Assembly (NCBI GenBank): GCA_038087875.1
Contig: JAXLNO010000130.1
Location: 62,001-98,053 of the forward strand
Direction of reading: 5' to 3'
DNA: 36,053 nucleotides
Origin: Malacoraja senta
Lineage: Eukaryota
A program made the position numbers and the translations under genes. The notes beneath the pieces were generated by a model. It saw only the letters and a program-made list of their open reading frames with translations. It had not been told where the DNA came from and ran no database searches. This document shows, in pieces, positions 12,147-26,967 of this stretch; position 1 is the first letter of the stretch; each line of letters starts with the position of its first letter.

Positions 12147-13148
12147 TCAGAGGGGAAGTTCGGAGGTCTGTTTGGGGGTCTGGTCAGCACGGGGGTGTTC
12201 CGGCCACCTACAGATCCGCGGCAGTTTGTGTTTGAGGGCGGTGGTCAAGTGGACAATGTCCTGTTGTGCCGTGTCAGACAGCCAGCAGTAGAGGATGGGG
12301 TCGGCCGCGCAGTTGACTCCAGTCCAGGCGAAGAAGATTTTGTAGGGGGTGAAGGCGAGCTGGGCGAAGGGGCAATTGCCTGGCTCGGCCATGCCACGGG
12401 CAAGGGCGGCGAACTGGTAAGGCCCGAAACTGACGGCGTAGACCAGGAGGAGCAAGAGCAGCAACTTGGCGATCTTCCTCTTCTCTCCGTCTTCCACGCC
12501 GCTGCTCCTGGCCACCGCCCTGTAGATCCTCTGGGAGCAGAAGAGGAAGAGGGAGAAGGGGAGGCAGAAACTGAGGAGGAAACGTATCAGGAACGCCTCG
12601 GCCGTGGTGGCCTCCAGGGGATAAGTCATCCCAGAGAGGCCTGGAGGCGAAGTCGGAGGAGAGGAGGAGGCCCTGCCGGTGGAGGAGGAGGGTGTGGAGG
12701 GACAGCTGGAGGAGCCAGCATGTCGCGCTCACCGCCATGGCTGCCCGCAGTGTCCTCAGCCGATGGAACCGGAGCGGGTGGACGATGGCAAGAAAACGGT
12801 CGGCCGCAATGCAGCACAGGAAGGCGGGGCTCATGTACATGGTGCTGGCGGTCACCACTACCACCGCGTTGTGCAGGGACACGTTGCCGATGGCGGCGGT
12901 GATGTGATTGCGGGACCAGTAGGGCAACGTGAGGGTGTAGAGGATGTCGACGGAGCACAGGTTGATCAAGTAGACGCCCATCTCGTGGCCCCTCTTCATT
13001 TGGAGCACCGGCCACGTAGATGGACAGGCAGTTGCTGGGCAGGCTGACCCAGGAAGGTGGCTGCGTAGATGACCTGCACCAGGTCACCCGCTCTGTCGTC
13101 CACCAAGCAACTGGAGTTGGACCTCCCGATGGTCACGTTGTCCATCAT
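12147..13148 (-). CDS. Class A GPCR, proton-sensing family (GPR65/TDAG8-, GPR4-, GPR68-like); three +1 frameshifts as assembled, ~332 aa once corrected
   Basis: Joined frames: MMDNVT..SCLVD..IYAATFLVSLPSNCLSIYVAVLQMKRGHEMGVYLINLCSVDILYTLTLPYW..YMSPAFLCCIAADRFLAIVHPLRF..YPLE..RFLLSFCLP..EKRKIAKLL..FGPY..NCAADPILYC; seven hydrophobic segments, DRF and DPxxY motifs; extra bases near 13049, 13009 and 12623-12631; no stop in the corrected frame. Confidence 0.85.
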
Positions 13149-13179
13149 TGCCAACAGGTCACATTGATCGAACCAACAC

Positions 13180-13200
13180 CTGTGCCGGGAACAGGGAGAG
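13180..13200 (-). promoter_or_regulatory. Splice acceptor of the GPCR coding exon
   Basis: Minus strand CTCTCCCTGTTCCCGGCACAG|G, 31 nt before the ATG, implying an upstream non-coding exon. Confidence 0.6.
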
Positions 13201-13216
13201 ATACGTGGAGTCAATA

Positions 13217-14040
13217 GACAAATTTACGGGATTAAACATTCGTCTTCTGTACAAAATTCAAAAATTTTGGAATGAAATTTTTGAAATCTTTACAAAGTTA
13301 ATTTAAACAAGACTGATACCCAAAGCAGAATGGATTATCTTCGGAATAACGGAAGATGATCCAGAACTAAATGTGTTTCAAAAGAAATTAATGGACTATG
13401 GGTTAATAACTGGAAAAAAGCTAATTCTAAAATTTTGGAAGAAGGCTCAATATCAACTATAAATATGTGGATTTCAAATATGTTTGAAACATTACACCTA
13501 GAAGAGATAAGACTCCTCCTAGCAGGTAACCAGATCACTTCCACCTGACGTGGTCTGCATTTATAGAATTATTACAAACATAGGGTGCAAAAGTACTTTA
13601 AAAAAATAAAAAATTGAGGTCAGGTAAGGGGGATGATAGTTGAAGAGTTGGTATGTCCTATTTCGTGATGCTCAAAAAAAAAACATTTGTTTATCTTTTT
13701 TCTCTTTCTCTTTTCTTTTCTTAGGGCCTATTTCTTAACTCTTTTTCTTTTTGTTTTTAATTTCGCTCTTATAGGGTCTTCGTCCTTTTTTGTGTTACAT
13801 TTTCTACACTTTTCTACACTTGCACTTTTCCTTCACTTTCTTCTTTCTTTCAATCTTTTCCTTTTCTAGTGTAAAAAAAATAAATAAAGGGGAGTACATT
13901 AATTGTAAGAAGATATAAATGACGAGTATTAATGTATGCGGTTGTAATGTAATGTACTTCTAATAAATAAAAATTAAAAAAAATAAATAAAAAATAAATA
14001 AATAAATAAATAGATAAATAAATAAATAAAAATTAAAAAA
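13217..14040 (+). mobile_element. L1-clade LINE 3' end with A-rich (AATA)n tail
   Basis: Degenerate 'CTKFKKFWNEIFEI...IPKAEWIIFG' C-terminus, pyrimidine-rich UTR, AATAAA and (AATA)n tail. Confidence 0.65.
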
Positions 14041-14544
14041 ACCATTAAATTCCTTCCAATTGGCCTATAAATTCATGACAATGAGATTTAAAATTCATGT
14101 TATATTGTGAATTCTTGTGTGAATGTTATTTGGACACTTAGGCTATTTAAAAATGTTAATCTTTTCTTAAGAAATGGATAGATGTTTAGATCTAGTAATT
14201 GAATTTTGTAATTAGCTACAATTAGGTAACTAACTAATTATATGCTTAATTTCATGTCATCCAAGTAAGATTGTTTCATATTGTTTGAGAATGCTTCAAT
14301 CTATAATAACTGAAAATTTCTTTCAGTCTCTTAATTTTTAAGAAAGTTATGGGCTTTTGACTGTCCTCGATCACAGCTTTACAGCTTTTGTGTTAAGTCA
14401 ATGGAAAAGCAATAGGGAACAAGATGCTAATTTCCGAGTATGAAAATGGCCATAACTTTTTTAATACTGAAGATATGAAAGTGAATTAGTGTCAAATTAA
14501 ACGTCTTTTATGCTTTATCTGATGGGATAAATTGCAGACTTGAT

Positions 14545-14785
14545 TCAATGTGATCATGGCTGATCATCCACAATCAGTACCCCGTTCCTGCCTTCTCCCC
14601 ATATCCCCTGACTCCACTATCTTTAAGAGCCCTATCCAGCTCTCTCTTGAAAGCATCCAGGGAATTGGCCTCCACTGCCCTCTGTGGCAGAGAATTCCAC
14701 AGATTCACAACTCTGTGTGAAAAAGTGTTTCCTCGTCTCCGTTCTAAATGGCTTATCCCTTATTCTTAAACAGTGGCCCCTGGTT
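14545..14785 (-). mobile_element. CR1 LINE 3' fragment
   Basis: 'TRGHCLRIRDKPFRTETRKHFFTQ' CR1 C-terminal motif. Confidence 0.8.
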
Positions 14786-14989
14786 TCTGCCCTCACTGAG
14801 TCCCTTAGCCACCCCTCCACTCTGCAGTAGTATCATCATGCGTCTTACAACACTTTCCTTCTCATGTACAATCAATACCTCTAGATTCTGCTTTACACTT
14901 GCCACCAGTCTTTCTCATTCTCTCTCTTCTCTCTATCTTCCTGTGTCATTCTGACTCTCTCTCCATCTCTTTCACTGTCTCTGTATCTC

Positions 14990-18610
<3,621 letters not shown>

Positions 18611-18650
18611 AGTGATTTCCCCTGTTTTATTGATGTAATGTGACTGTCTA

Positions 18651-19081
<431 letters not shown>

Positions 19082-19436
19082 CCACTCTGAGTTGAATATC
19101 ATTGAATACTTTATTGTCACCTGTGACAGGTAACTGAACCTCTTTGCTTGCGTACCCAAGGTATGCAAACAGTCGCCCATAAAGGGCGCTGATAAGTTTA
19201 AGGAGTACCCCCATCCATGTCCCCCTTTGTAGTACCCCCTCCTCCCCCTCCTCACGGAGCAGCCCCCCAAGCTGGGTCTGTACATCTGTCTTTCTCTCTC
19301 TCTCTGAGAGACACCAAATGCTGGAGTAACTCAGCGGGACAGGCAGCAACTCTGGAGAGAAGTCTCTCCCTGTATAATATATATATATATATATATATGT
19401 CTCCCACAATCTGTCTCTCTCAGTGCCTCTCTTTCA

Positions 19437-19775
19437 TTCTCACGCCAGAGACCCGGGTTCGATCCTGAACTCGGGTGCTGATTGTATGGAGTTTGCACGT
19501 TCTCCCCTGTGACCGCGTGGGCTTCCACCGGGCTCTCCGGTTCCTCCCACGTTCCAAAGATGTGCGGGTCGGCAGATTAATTGGCCCTCTGTAAATTGCC
19601 CCCTACTTTCAAGAGAGAGCTAGATAGGGCTCTTAAAGATAGCGGAGTCAGGGGATATGGGGAGAAGGCAGGAACGGGGTACTGATTGGGGATGATCAGC
19701 CATGATCACATTGAATGGCGGTGCTGTCTTGAAGGGCCGAATGGCCTACTCCTGCACCTATTGTCTATTGTCTAC
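19437..19775 (+). mobile_element. SINE fragment followed by CR1 3' end
   Basis: GAGACCCGGGTTCGATCCTG B-box head and SINE core, then TTTCAAGAGAGAGCTAGAT...CCTATTGTCTATTG. Confidence 0.8.
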
Positions 19776-19954
19776 TGTGTGTTCGACGGTAGAATCGGGG
19801 CGGAGTTCAGTAAATGTGGAGAGGGTAGGATTCTGAAGGGAAGGGTGTAGATGGGTGGGAGATGGCTGGCGAGGACTCTGTTGTCGAAGCGGCTATTTCC
19901 GTGCTGTATCACTCTCTCTCTCTGTGCCTTTTCTCTATAATCACTCTGAGCCTT

Positions 19955-20060
19955 CTCTTAACTTCCTCTTGCTGCTCACGTGTTTGCCCTTTGTTCCCCT
20001 CCATGTAAATCCACGCTACTGCATTTTCATTTTCCGGGGAGTTCCCGGGACTCTCCCTGT
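19955..20060. promoter_or_regulatory. Candidate immune enhancer/promoter motif cluster
   Basis: PU.1-type AAGAGGAAGT (minus, 19961-19970), CACGTG (19977-19982), ISRE-like GAAAATGAAA (minus, 20025-20034), adjacent kB sites GGGAGTTCCC (20037-20046) and GGGACTCTCC (20047-20056) in apparently non-repeat DNA. Confidence 0.45.
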
Positions 20061-20199
20061 TTGTGAAACATCTCCACTCACAATACATCCCATTGTTCAT
20101 TTACCCTTTTGCAGTTTTACATCCGGAGGCTGCAGCGAATCGGCCGATCGGCCAAGAAGGTTGTTGGCTGCAACCTCCCCCCCCCCCCCCCCTCCACCC

Positions 20200-20960
20200 C
20201 CGCATTGACGAACTGCACACTGCAAGGGCCAGGAAGCGAGCGGGCAAGATCATCACTGACCCCTCTCACCCTGGCCACAAACTCTTTGAATCACTTCCCT
20301 CTGGAAGGCGACTCCGGATTGTCAAAGCTGCCACAGCCAGACGTAAAAACAGCTTTTTTTCCACAAGTAGTAGCTCTACTCAATAACCAAATGTCTGTAG
20401 CCTCCTTTTGCTCTGGTATTTTATTTCATTCACATAAGATAAGATAAGATAAGATATACCTTTAATAATCCTTTGCAGGAAATTACAATGCCACGACAGC
20501 TTCAAGACATACATAACACCACAAATAGCTTCCATACTTAACAAGTTAAAATACAAGTTAAAATACAAGTTAAAATACAATTAATTAAAAAAAAAAAAGT
20601 GCAGTTATTTATGCGCATTGTATAATCTTATCGCAGCTGGTAAACAGGACTTCCTATGTCTCTCAGTTTTGCACATTGGTGCAATCAGTCTCTGACTGAA
20701 GATGCTGCTCTTGATCACCTTCAGGGCATGGAGTGGGTGAGTGGGGTTGGTCATTATAGAACCCAGTTTTTTCAGAGATCTGGCCTCTGCCACCTGCTGC
20801 CACATGTTTAATCAATAATGTTTTATTATTAATGTTTAATGTTTTAAGTGCCATTCTTAATTATTTACTGTATGTCATGTTGTTACTTGTGGGCGGAGCA
20901 CCAAGTCAAATTCCTTGTATGTGAATACTTGGCCAATAAATGTATCCATTCATTCATTCA
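20200..20960 (+). mobile_element. Rex/Babar-type LINE 3' end containing a second, opposite-strand Rex-type 3' end (20436-20801)
   Basis: 'IITDPSHPGHKLFESLPSGRRLR..RRKNSFF'; nested 'IMTNPTHPLH..TERHRKS..PAAIRLYN' with (TCTTA)n tail and CACAT direct repeat at both junctions. Confidence 0.8.
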
Positions 20961-21259
20961 CGCAAATGACAACTGTTGATTGAACCTGGCCCACCTCTCA
21001 TCTCATCTCATTGATATCGAAACCCTCCGAGTGTACCACAACCCACCCAATCTCATTTCAGGAAGACTCCAGAGATGCTGCCCGACCCGCTGAGTTACTC
21101 CACCATTTTGTGTCTATCTTCTGTGTAAACCGGCATCAGCAGTTCCTTCCTAAACAAAAGTCTAAATTGGTCAACAGATTCAGTCCTGGCCTTTTTGTCA
21201 CCCTGGCTTAATATTTATATAGCGCGCCGCACGAGAAGAGATTCAAGCATGACCGCAGC

Positions 21260-21440
21260 CCTTCGGCCCCTCGTGTCCAGGTCAACCATCCATCACCCAT
21301 TCACACTAGTTCTTTGATATTCCACTTTCTCATCCACTCCCGACTCGCTAGGGGCGAATTAATCCCCAAACCCGCACGTCTGTGGGATGTGGGGGGAAAC
21401 CCAGGCGGTCACAGGAAGAACATGCAAACTCTGCACAGAC
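21260..21440 (-). mobile_element. SINE fragment
   Basis: Reverse complement of SINE core and CR1-like tail. Confidence 0.7.
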
Positions 21441-21476
21441 AGACAGTGCCTGAAGTAATAGAGGCATAGAGTGATA

Positions 21477-21697
21477 GTTTAAGAAGGAACTGCAGATGCT
21501 GGAAAAATTGAAGGTGGACAAAAATGCTGGGAAACTCAGCAGGTGAGGCAGCATCTATGGAGCGAAGGAAATAGGTGACGTTTCAGGTCGAGATTAGAAA
21601 CGTCTGAAGAAGGGTCTCGACCCGAAAACGTCGCCTATTCCTTCGCTCCATAGATGCTGCCCTCACCGCTGAGTTTCTCCAGCATTTTGTCCACCTT
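21477..21697. mobile_element. Inverted pair of Penelope-derived terminal repeats (long hairpin)
   Basis: Arms ~21510-21590 and ~21615-21697 are reverse complements; CTGAAGAAGGGTCTCGACCCGAAA core; flanks TAGAGTGAT/TAGAGTCAT. Confidence 0.75.
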
Positions 21698-21759
21698 AGA
21701 GTCATTTTCACGGATTCGGATTTGGCATTTAATTACGCACAAGAAATTGTAAGAAAATA

Positions 21760-22470
21760 GAAAAAAGAGAAGTCAAAGTTGATGATTAAACTTTTTTAAT
21801 GGAAAACTGTGCTGTAATTAAGATGGTGGAACTGCTCTAGACATTAACCAGACAGGGCTTATCTGTCTGGAATGTGTATTCAATGTCCAAGCCCTGGTTT
21901 CAACCTTGAACGGATAAGGAAGATATACATCTGTTATATTAGTGTTTTTTTATATATGTCTTTAAGAATTCACTAGACTTGGATTTGACACTAGCCTTCC
22001 TTAATTTTTATTGATTTGTCTAAATATGAGTCTATAACACAGTTAAAGTCCCCCCTAGTATTACATTTTGAAAATTATACTCATCCATAATTTTCTTTAA
22101 AATTGCAGGTTATCAAAATTTGGAGCATAAATATTTATCAGAGTCAGTGGTGTAGAATAAATTTCTCCCGCCACTATCGTGTACCTTCCTTCTTTATCAG
22201 ATATAGTGTTCTGTAATAGAAATGGTATACCTTTCCGAATAATAATAGCCGTTCCTCTAGCTTTAGCAGTAAATGACGAGTAATAAGTTTGCCTATCCAG
22301 TTTGCCTTTAGTCTCATCTGTGTTTGTAGTTTTCGTATGCGTTTCTTGCAGAAAAGCTATGTCCACATTTAAAGATTTTAACTGGGCCATAATCTTGCCC
22401 CTTTTAATTGGATCATTCGCACCCCTAATATTCCAACTACAGAATGTGAATCCTCCATTCGTTTTTTTCC
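21760..22470 (-). mobile_element. L1-clade ORF2 endonuclease N-terminal fragment (degenerate)
   Basis: 'FCSWNIRGANDPIKRGKIMAQLKSLNVDIAFLQETH...SDKEGRY...LINIYAPN'. Confidence 0.85.
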
Positions 22471-23549
22471 TTATTATCCTGCATTGTAAATAGGTTTTGG
22501 TAATTTTGCTTCCTGTGGTGTGGTTAAGTACCTCAGGCTTTTGGGGTATGTGGGTATCATCCCATACTTCTGATGTCATTTTACCTCTCCTCCGAATATT
22601 GAACCTCCATGAGAAAAAGAGAAAAGTGTGTTGAGAAATAGTGAGGAAAGAAAGAAAAGTCGTTAGATAAACTACATAAAAGTAAATACAAAAACAAAAA
22701 AGTGAGTTTAAGGTATCAAAAAGGTGATACCCTAAATACAAGCCATCTATGATGGCCAAACATTGATTGACCTCCGTAGATGGAATTATACATTGAGTTC
22801 AGCCCCCTAAATACAATGTCATTTATAACTACATGCCGTTTCATCTAAATATATCTTAATATATCTAAAAAAATGAAATAAAAATAACAATTTCATTAAC
22901 AAAAATATTATCTGGTCAGGCCGAATAAAACAGAAAAAAAAGTTTCAACAATAGAAAGTTATCATCATCTTTACTATTTCAAATATTCTCTTATTTACCC
23001 CGATTTTAACCTTCTATGTTACTTGCCTCGGTATCACAGAGTCGTGGAATTGTAAAACATCAGAACACATGCCCTGTGCCTGTATCCGAATATATTCATC
23101 TGTCCCTTATTTACCAGCCCGGTTAAATTTCTATCTTAAATACATCCGACTTCGAGCCCGGACTTCTGGAACTTTTCCAATCATTAATGCCTCTTTCTTC
23201 ACACAGAGGCGTTAATGATTTGTGGTATTCTTATACCCCTTGTCATTAATTGTAGTGTGTTCGTGTACATCCTAAATTACATTATATATCTGTTAACAAT
23301 AATCATCTCTATAGGCCCCTTATCCCCCAAAATCCATTAGATTAATACATTGGTTAATCATATTAATATAATATTAATATAATGCTTAACCATTAATTAG
23401 TAATATTAAGTTTAAATAGTTAGTTAATTCTTTACATTACATATATACTATATTAATTAAAACATTTCTTAAGTCCATGATTTCCTTTGATTTTCTTTCA
23501 AATCTGATCGCGCTACTTCAAAATGTCCTCCTTTCAATTATTTCAATCC

Positions 23550-23855
23550 CGGTTCTGGACCCCCCCAACATCGGGAATATGTTTCCTACCTCTAGCGCGT
23601 CCAAACCTTAATAATCTTATATGTTTCAATGAGATATCCTCTCATCCTTCTAAATTCCAGATTGTACAAGCCCAGCCGCTTCATTCTCTCAGCATATGAC
23701 CGTCCGCCATCCCGGGAATTAACCTTGTAAACCTACGCTGCACTCCCTCAATAGCAAGAAAGTCCTTCCTAAAATTAGGGGACCAAAACTGCACACAATA
23801 CTCCAGGTGTGGTCTCACTAGGGCCCTGTACAACTGCAGAAGGACCCTCTCTTTG
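23550..23855 (-). mobile_element. CR1 LINE fragment
   Basis: Matches CR1 copy at 32839-33071 ('[24 protein letters not shown]'). Confidence 0.8.
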
Positions 23856-23867
23856 CTTTGTGTGTGG

Positions 23868-25297
23868 GGGGGAGGGGGTGGTTAGTGTGTGTGTAACGCC
23901 ACAGACCGCCCCCCCTCCCGCAACCGTGCGTTTAGGGGACGGGACCCAACGAGTCCACTTGCTCCAGTTAACATTAAAAGTAACAAACAGCAGCATTAAA
24001 CAGAAAAGTCTTCAGCCTCCATTTAAAAGAACTGAGAGTCGGAGCAGACCTGCATTTTTCTGGAGGTTTGTTGAAACTTTCTTCCTTTCTGACTGTCGGT
24101 CGTAAAGAAAGGAAGAGAGAAATGTTGTCTGTACCTGAATGACAACTGCGGCCAATGTGCGTACTCCACTCGATCCCAGCGGAGACGGTTCTGGCCAGGA
24201 CTCACTGCTACTGATAGCTCGGTACGAGGATGTATTACTGACTATATAAATATAGAGACAGCCATTCATATGCGTAGTGAAATTTAAACAAATTACGTGT
24301 CACACGAGCGGAAAACAAGTTCATTTAAATATTAAAGTGACCTGTGGATTTTGCATAGGGATGAGAATCTTATGAATATGAAATATTGGGATGGAAATGT
24401 GAGAGATACCACACGGTGAGATGTGCTGGGTGAGTCCGTTTACACAGAGGGTGGTGGGTGCCTGGAACGCGCAGCCAGGGGTGGTGGTGGAGGCAGATTT
24501 GAGTTTAGTTTCGAGATACAGCGCGGAAACAGGCCTTTGGCCCACCGAGTCAGCCCTACCAGCCATCCCCACACACTAGCGCTATTATATACACACACAC
24601 ACACACCAGGGACAATTTTACAATCATACACGAGCCAATTAACCTACAAACCTGTACGTTTTGTTTGGAGTGTGGGAGGAAACCGGAGATCCTGGAGAAA
24701 GCCCACACACGGCCACGGGGAGAACGTAAAAACTCCGTACATATAGGTCAGGGTAGAACCTGGGTCTCTGGCGCTGTGAGGCACCAACTCTACCGCTGCA
24801 CCCCTGTTAGGGGCGTTATGATATGATCGTGGCGTTTAAGTCAACACCCCAGCTACTTGTTGGGTCATTTCTGTCAGGCTTGAAATTTACAGCATGGTCC
24901 CCTAATTTGAGGAAGGACATTCTTGCTATTGAGGGAATGCAGCGTAGGTTTACAGGTTAATTCCCGGGATGGCGGGACTGTCATATGCTGAGAGAATGGA
25001 GCAGCTGGGCTTGTACACTCTGGAGTTTAGAAGGATGAGAGAGAATCTCATTGAACCATATAAGATTATTGAGGGCTTGGACACGCTAGAGGCAGGAAAC
25101 ATGTTCCCGATGTTGGGGGAGTCCAGAACCAGAGGCCACACAGTTTAAGAATAAGGAGTAGGCCATTTAGAACGGAGATAAGGAAACACTTTTTCACCCA
25201 GAGAGTGGTGAGTCTGTGGAATTCTCTGCCTCAGAGGGCGGTGGAGGCAGGTTCTCTGGATACTTTCAAGAGAGAGCTAGATAGGGCTCTTAAAGAT
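23868..25297. repeat. Copy A of inverted duplication (partner ~32672-34098)
   Basis: Reverse complement match across Helitron 3' end, unique DNA, SINE and CR1 junction; ORF-track peptides from the two copies nearly identical. Confidence 0.9.
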
Positions 25298-25721
25298 TGC
25301 CGGGGAGCACCGGAGAAGAGCTCCGACCGTCGGCCTGTCTGCGGCCTACAACATCCTGAAGCCGCGGTCTCCGGTAGGGAAGTGGCCGATTCGGACGCTC
25401 CCAAGCCGCGGAGTGTGTTCGGTACGCGTCCCGACGTCGGTGTTTGGATCATCCCGACGAGAGGGCCTGTACATCGGGCCGTCCGTAGCGGCGACTATGG
25501 GGGGTTTATGGCCCCGACCACGGGTGAACAACGGAGGAGGACTGGCTGAACTTTGTTGCCTTCCACCACAGTGAGAATGTTTGTGTTCAATCTTATTGTG
25601 TATTGTGTGTTCTTTTTAAGTGTATCGCTGCTGGCAAATTCAAATCACTGCACCTTCGGGGGCACGTGACCAATAACATTGACTTTGACTTTCGATAACA
25701 TGTAGTGCAAGGTAAAGTTCA

Positions 25722-25945
25722 GTAAAGTACGTTCTCCCTGTGACTGCGTGGGTTTCCTCCGGGTGCTCCGGTTTCCTCCCACATTACAAACACGTACGTG
25801 CTGGTTTGTAGGTTATTTGGCCCCTTGTGTGTAGGGGAGTGGATGGGAAAGGGGGGATAACGTAGAACTAGTATGATCGGGTGATCGATGGCCGGCCAGG
25901 ACTCAGAGGGCCGAAGGGCCTGTTTCTGCGCTGAATCTCTCAATT
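25722..25945 (+). mobile_element. SINE (5'-truncated)
   Basis: GTACGTTCTCCCTGTGACTGCGTGGGTTT core and GGGCCGAAGGGCCTGTTTC tail. Confidence 0.8.
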
Positions 25946-26294
25946 AAAAATCATGCTCCCTTCCGGCACTGTGCACGTGTGAATATTAAGCAAGAGGGTG
26001 ACCAACAGGCCCTGGACTGGTATCTGATGACACAATTAGGCTTTTGTCTTGCTGGTGACGAGAGTGAGTGGTTTGTGGTTGATCCCACCAGAGGGCTGGA
26101 AAAGACGCAGGCGTATTATAGCCAGAGCTTCGGTCATGGAACAAGGAAATATGCAAAGGGAAGTAAAGGTGACACCATCTCTATTCACGCTCAAATTTAT
26201 ATCAGCCAGCTGAAAGAGGATCATGAAAGATGATTGACAGCGTACCGATACATGATATACGGAGTGAAATTTAGTGCAAGATAATGCCCAGTAA

Positions 26295-26908
26295 AGTACG
26301 TACTCCCTGTGACCGCGTGGGTTTCCTCAGGTGCTCAGGTTTCCTCCCACATCACTCACACTGAAGGTTTCGGCCCGAAACGTTGCCTATTTCCTTCGCT
26401 CCATAGATGCTGCTGCACCCGCTGAGTTTCTCCAGCATTTTTGTGTACCCATCACTCACACACATGCTGGTTTGTATGTTAATTGCCCTTGTGTGTAGGG
26501 AGTGGATGGGAAAGATGGGATAACACACAGTAGAACTACTGTGAACGGGTCTCGACCCGAAACGTCGCCTATTCCTTCTCTCCAGAGATGCTGCCCTGTC
26601 CCACTGAGTTACTCCAGCTTTTTGTGTCTATCTTCGGTGTAAACCAGCATCTGCAGTTCCCTCCAACACATCATTGAAACATTGTCGTACAAGGGAGATT
26701 AGATTCTGTCGATAGACACAAACAGCTGGAGTAACTCAGCGGGACAGGCAGCAGCATCACTGGAGAGAAGGAATGGGCGACGTTTCGGGTCGAGACCCTT
26801 CTTCAGACACGACCCAAAACGTCACTCATTCCTTCTCTCCAGAGACAGCTTTTTGTGTCTATCTTCGGTTTAACCAGTTCCTATTCATACAAGGGAGACT
26901 AGATTCTG
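26295..26908 (+). mobile_element. SINE with inserted Penelope-derived short repeat (26362-26449), followed by further Penelope-derived repeats
   Basis: 12-bp TSD CATCACTCACAC (26350-26361, 26450-26461); inverted pair ~26710-26885 flanked by TACAAGGGAGA(T/C)TAGATTCTG (26688-26708, 26888-26908). Confidence 0.8.
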
Positions 26909-26967
26909 GATTAGATTATCAACGAATATATGTAGCAGATTGTAAAAGCTTTTCATTTGATTGATTG

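Noticed and set aside
12195..12902. 235-aa plus-strand ORF
   Set aside because: Antisense shadow of the GC-rich GPCR coding sequence
14050..14540. Probable DNA-transposon internal fragment
   Set aside because: No TIRs, TSD or coding motif visible to classify it
22760..23540. AT-rich region next to the L1 endonuclease fragment, possibly L1 ORF1/inter-ORF
   Set aside because: Too degenerate or low-quality to assign
25979..26233. Unique-looking ORFs on both strands, with a minus-strand acceptor near 26211
   Set aside because: No recognisable homology or partner exon; cannot be supported from sequence alone
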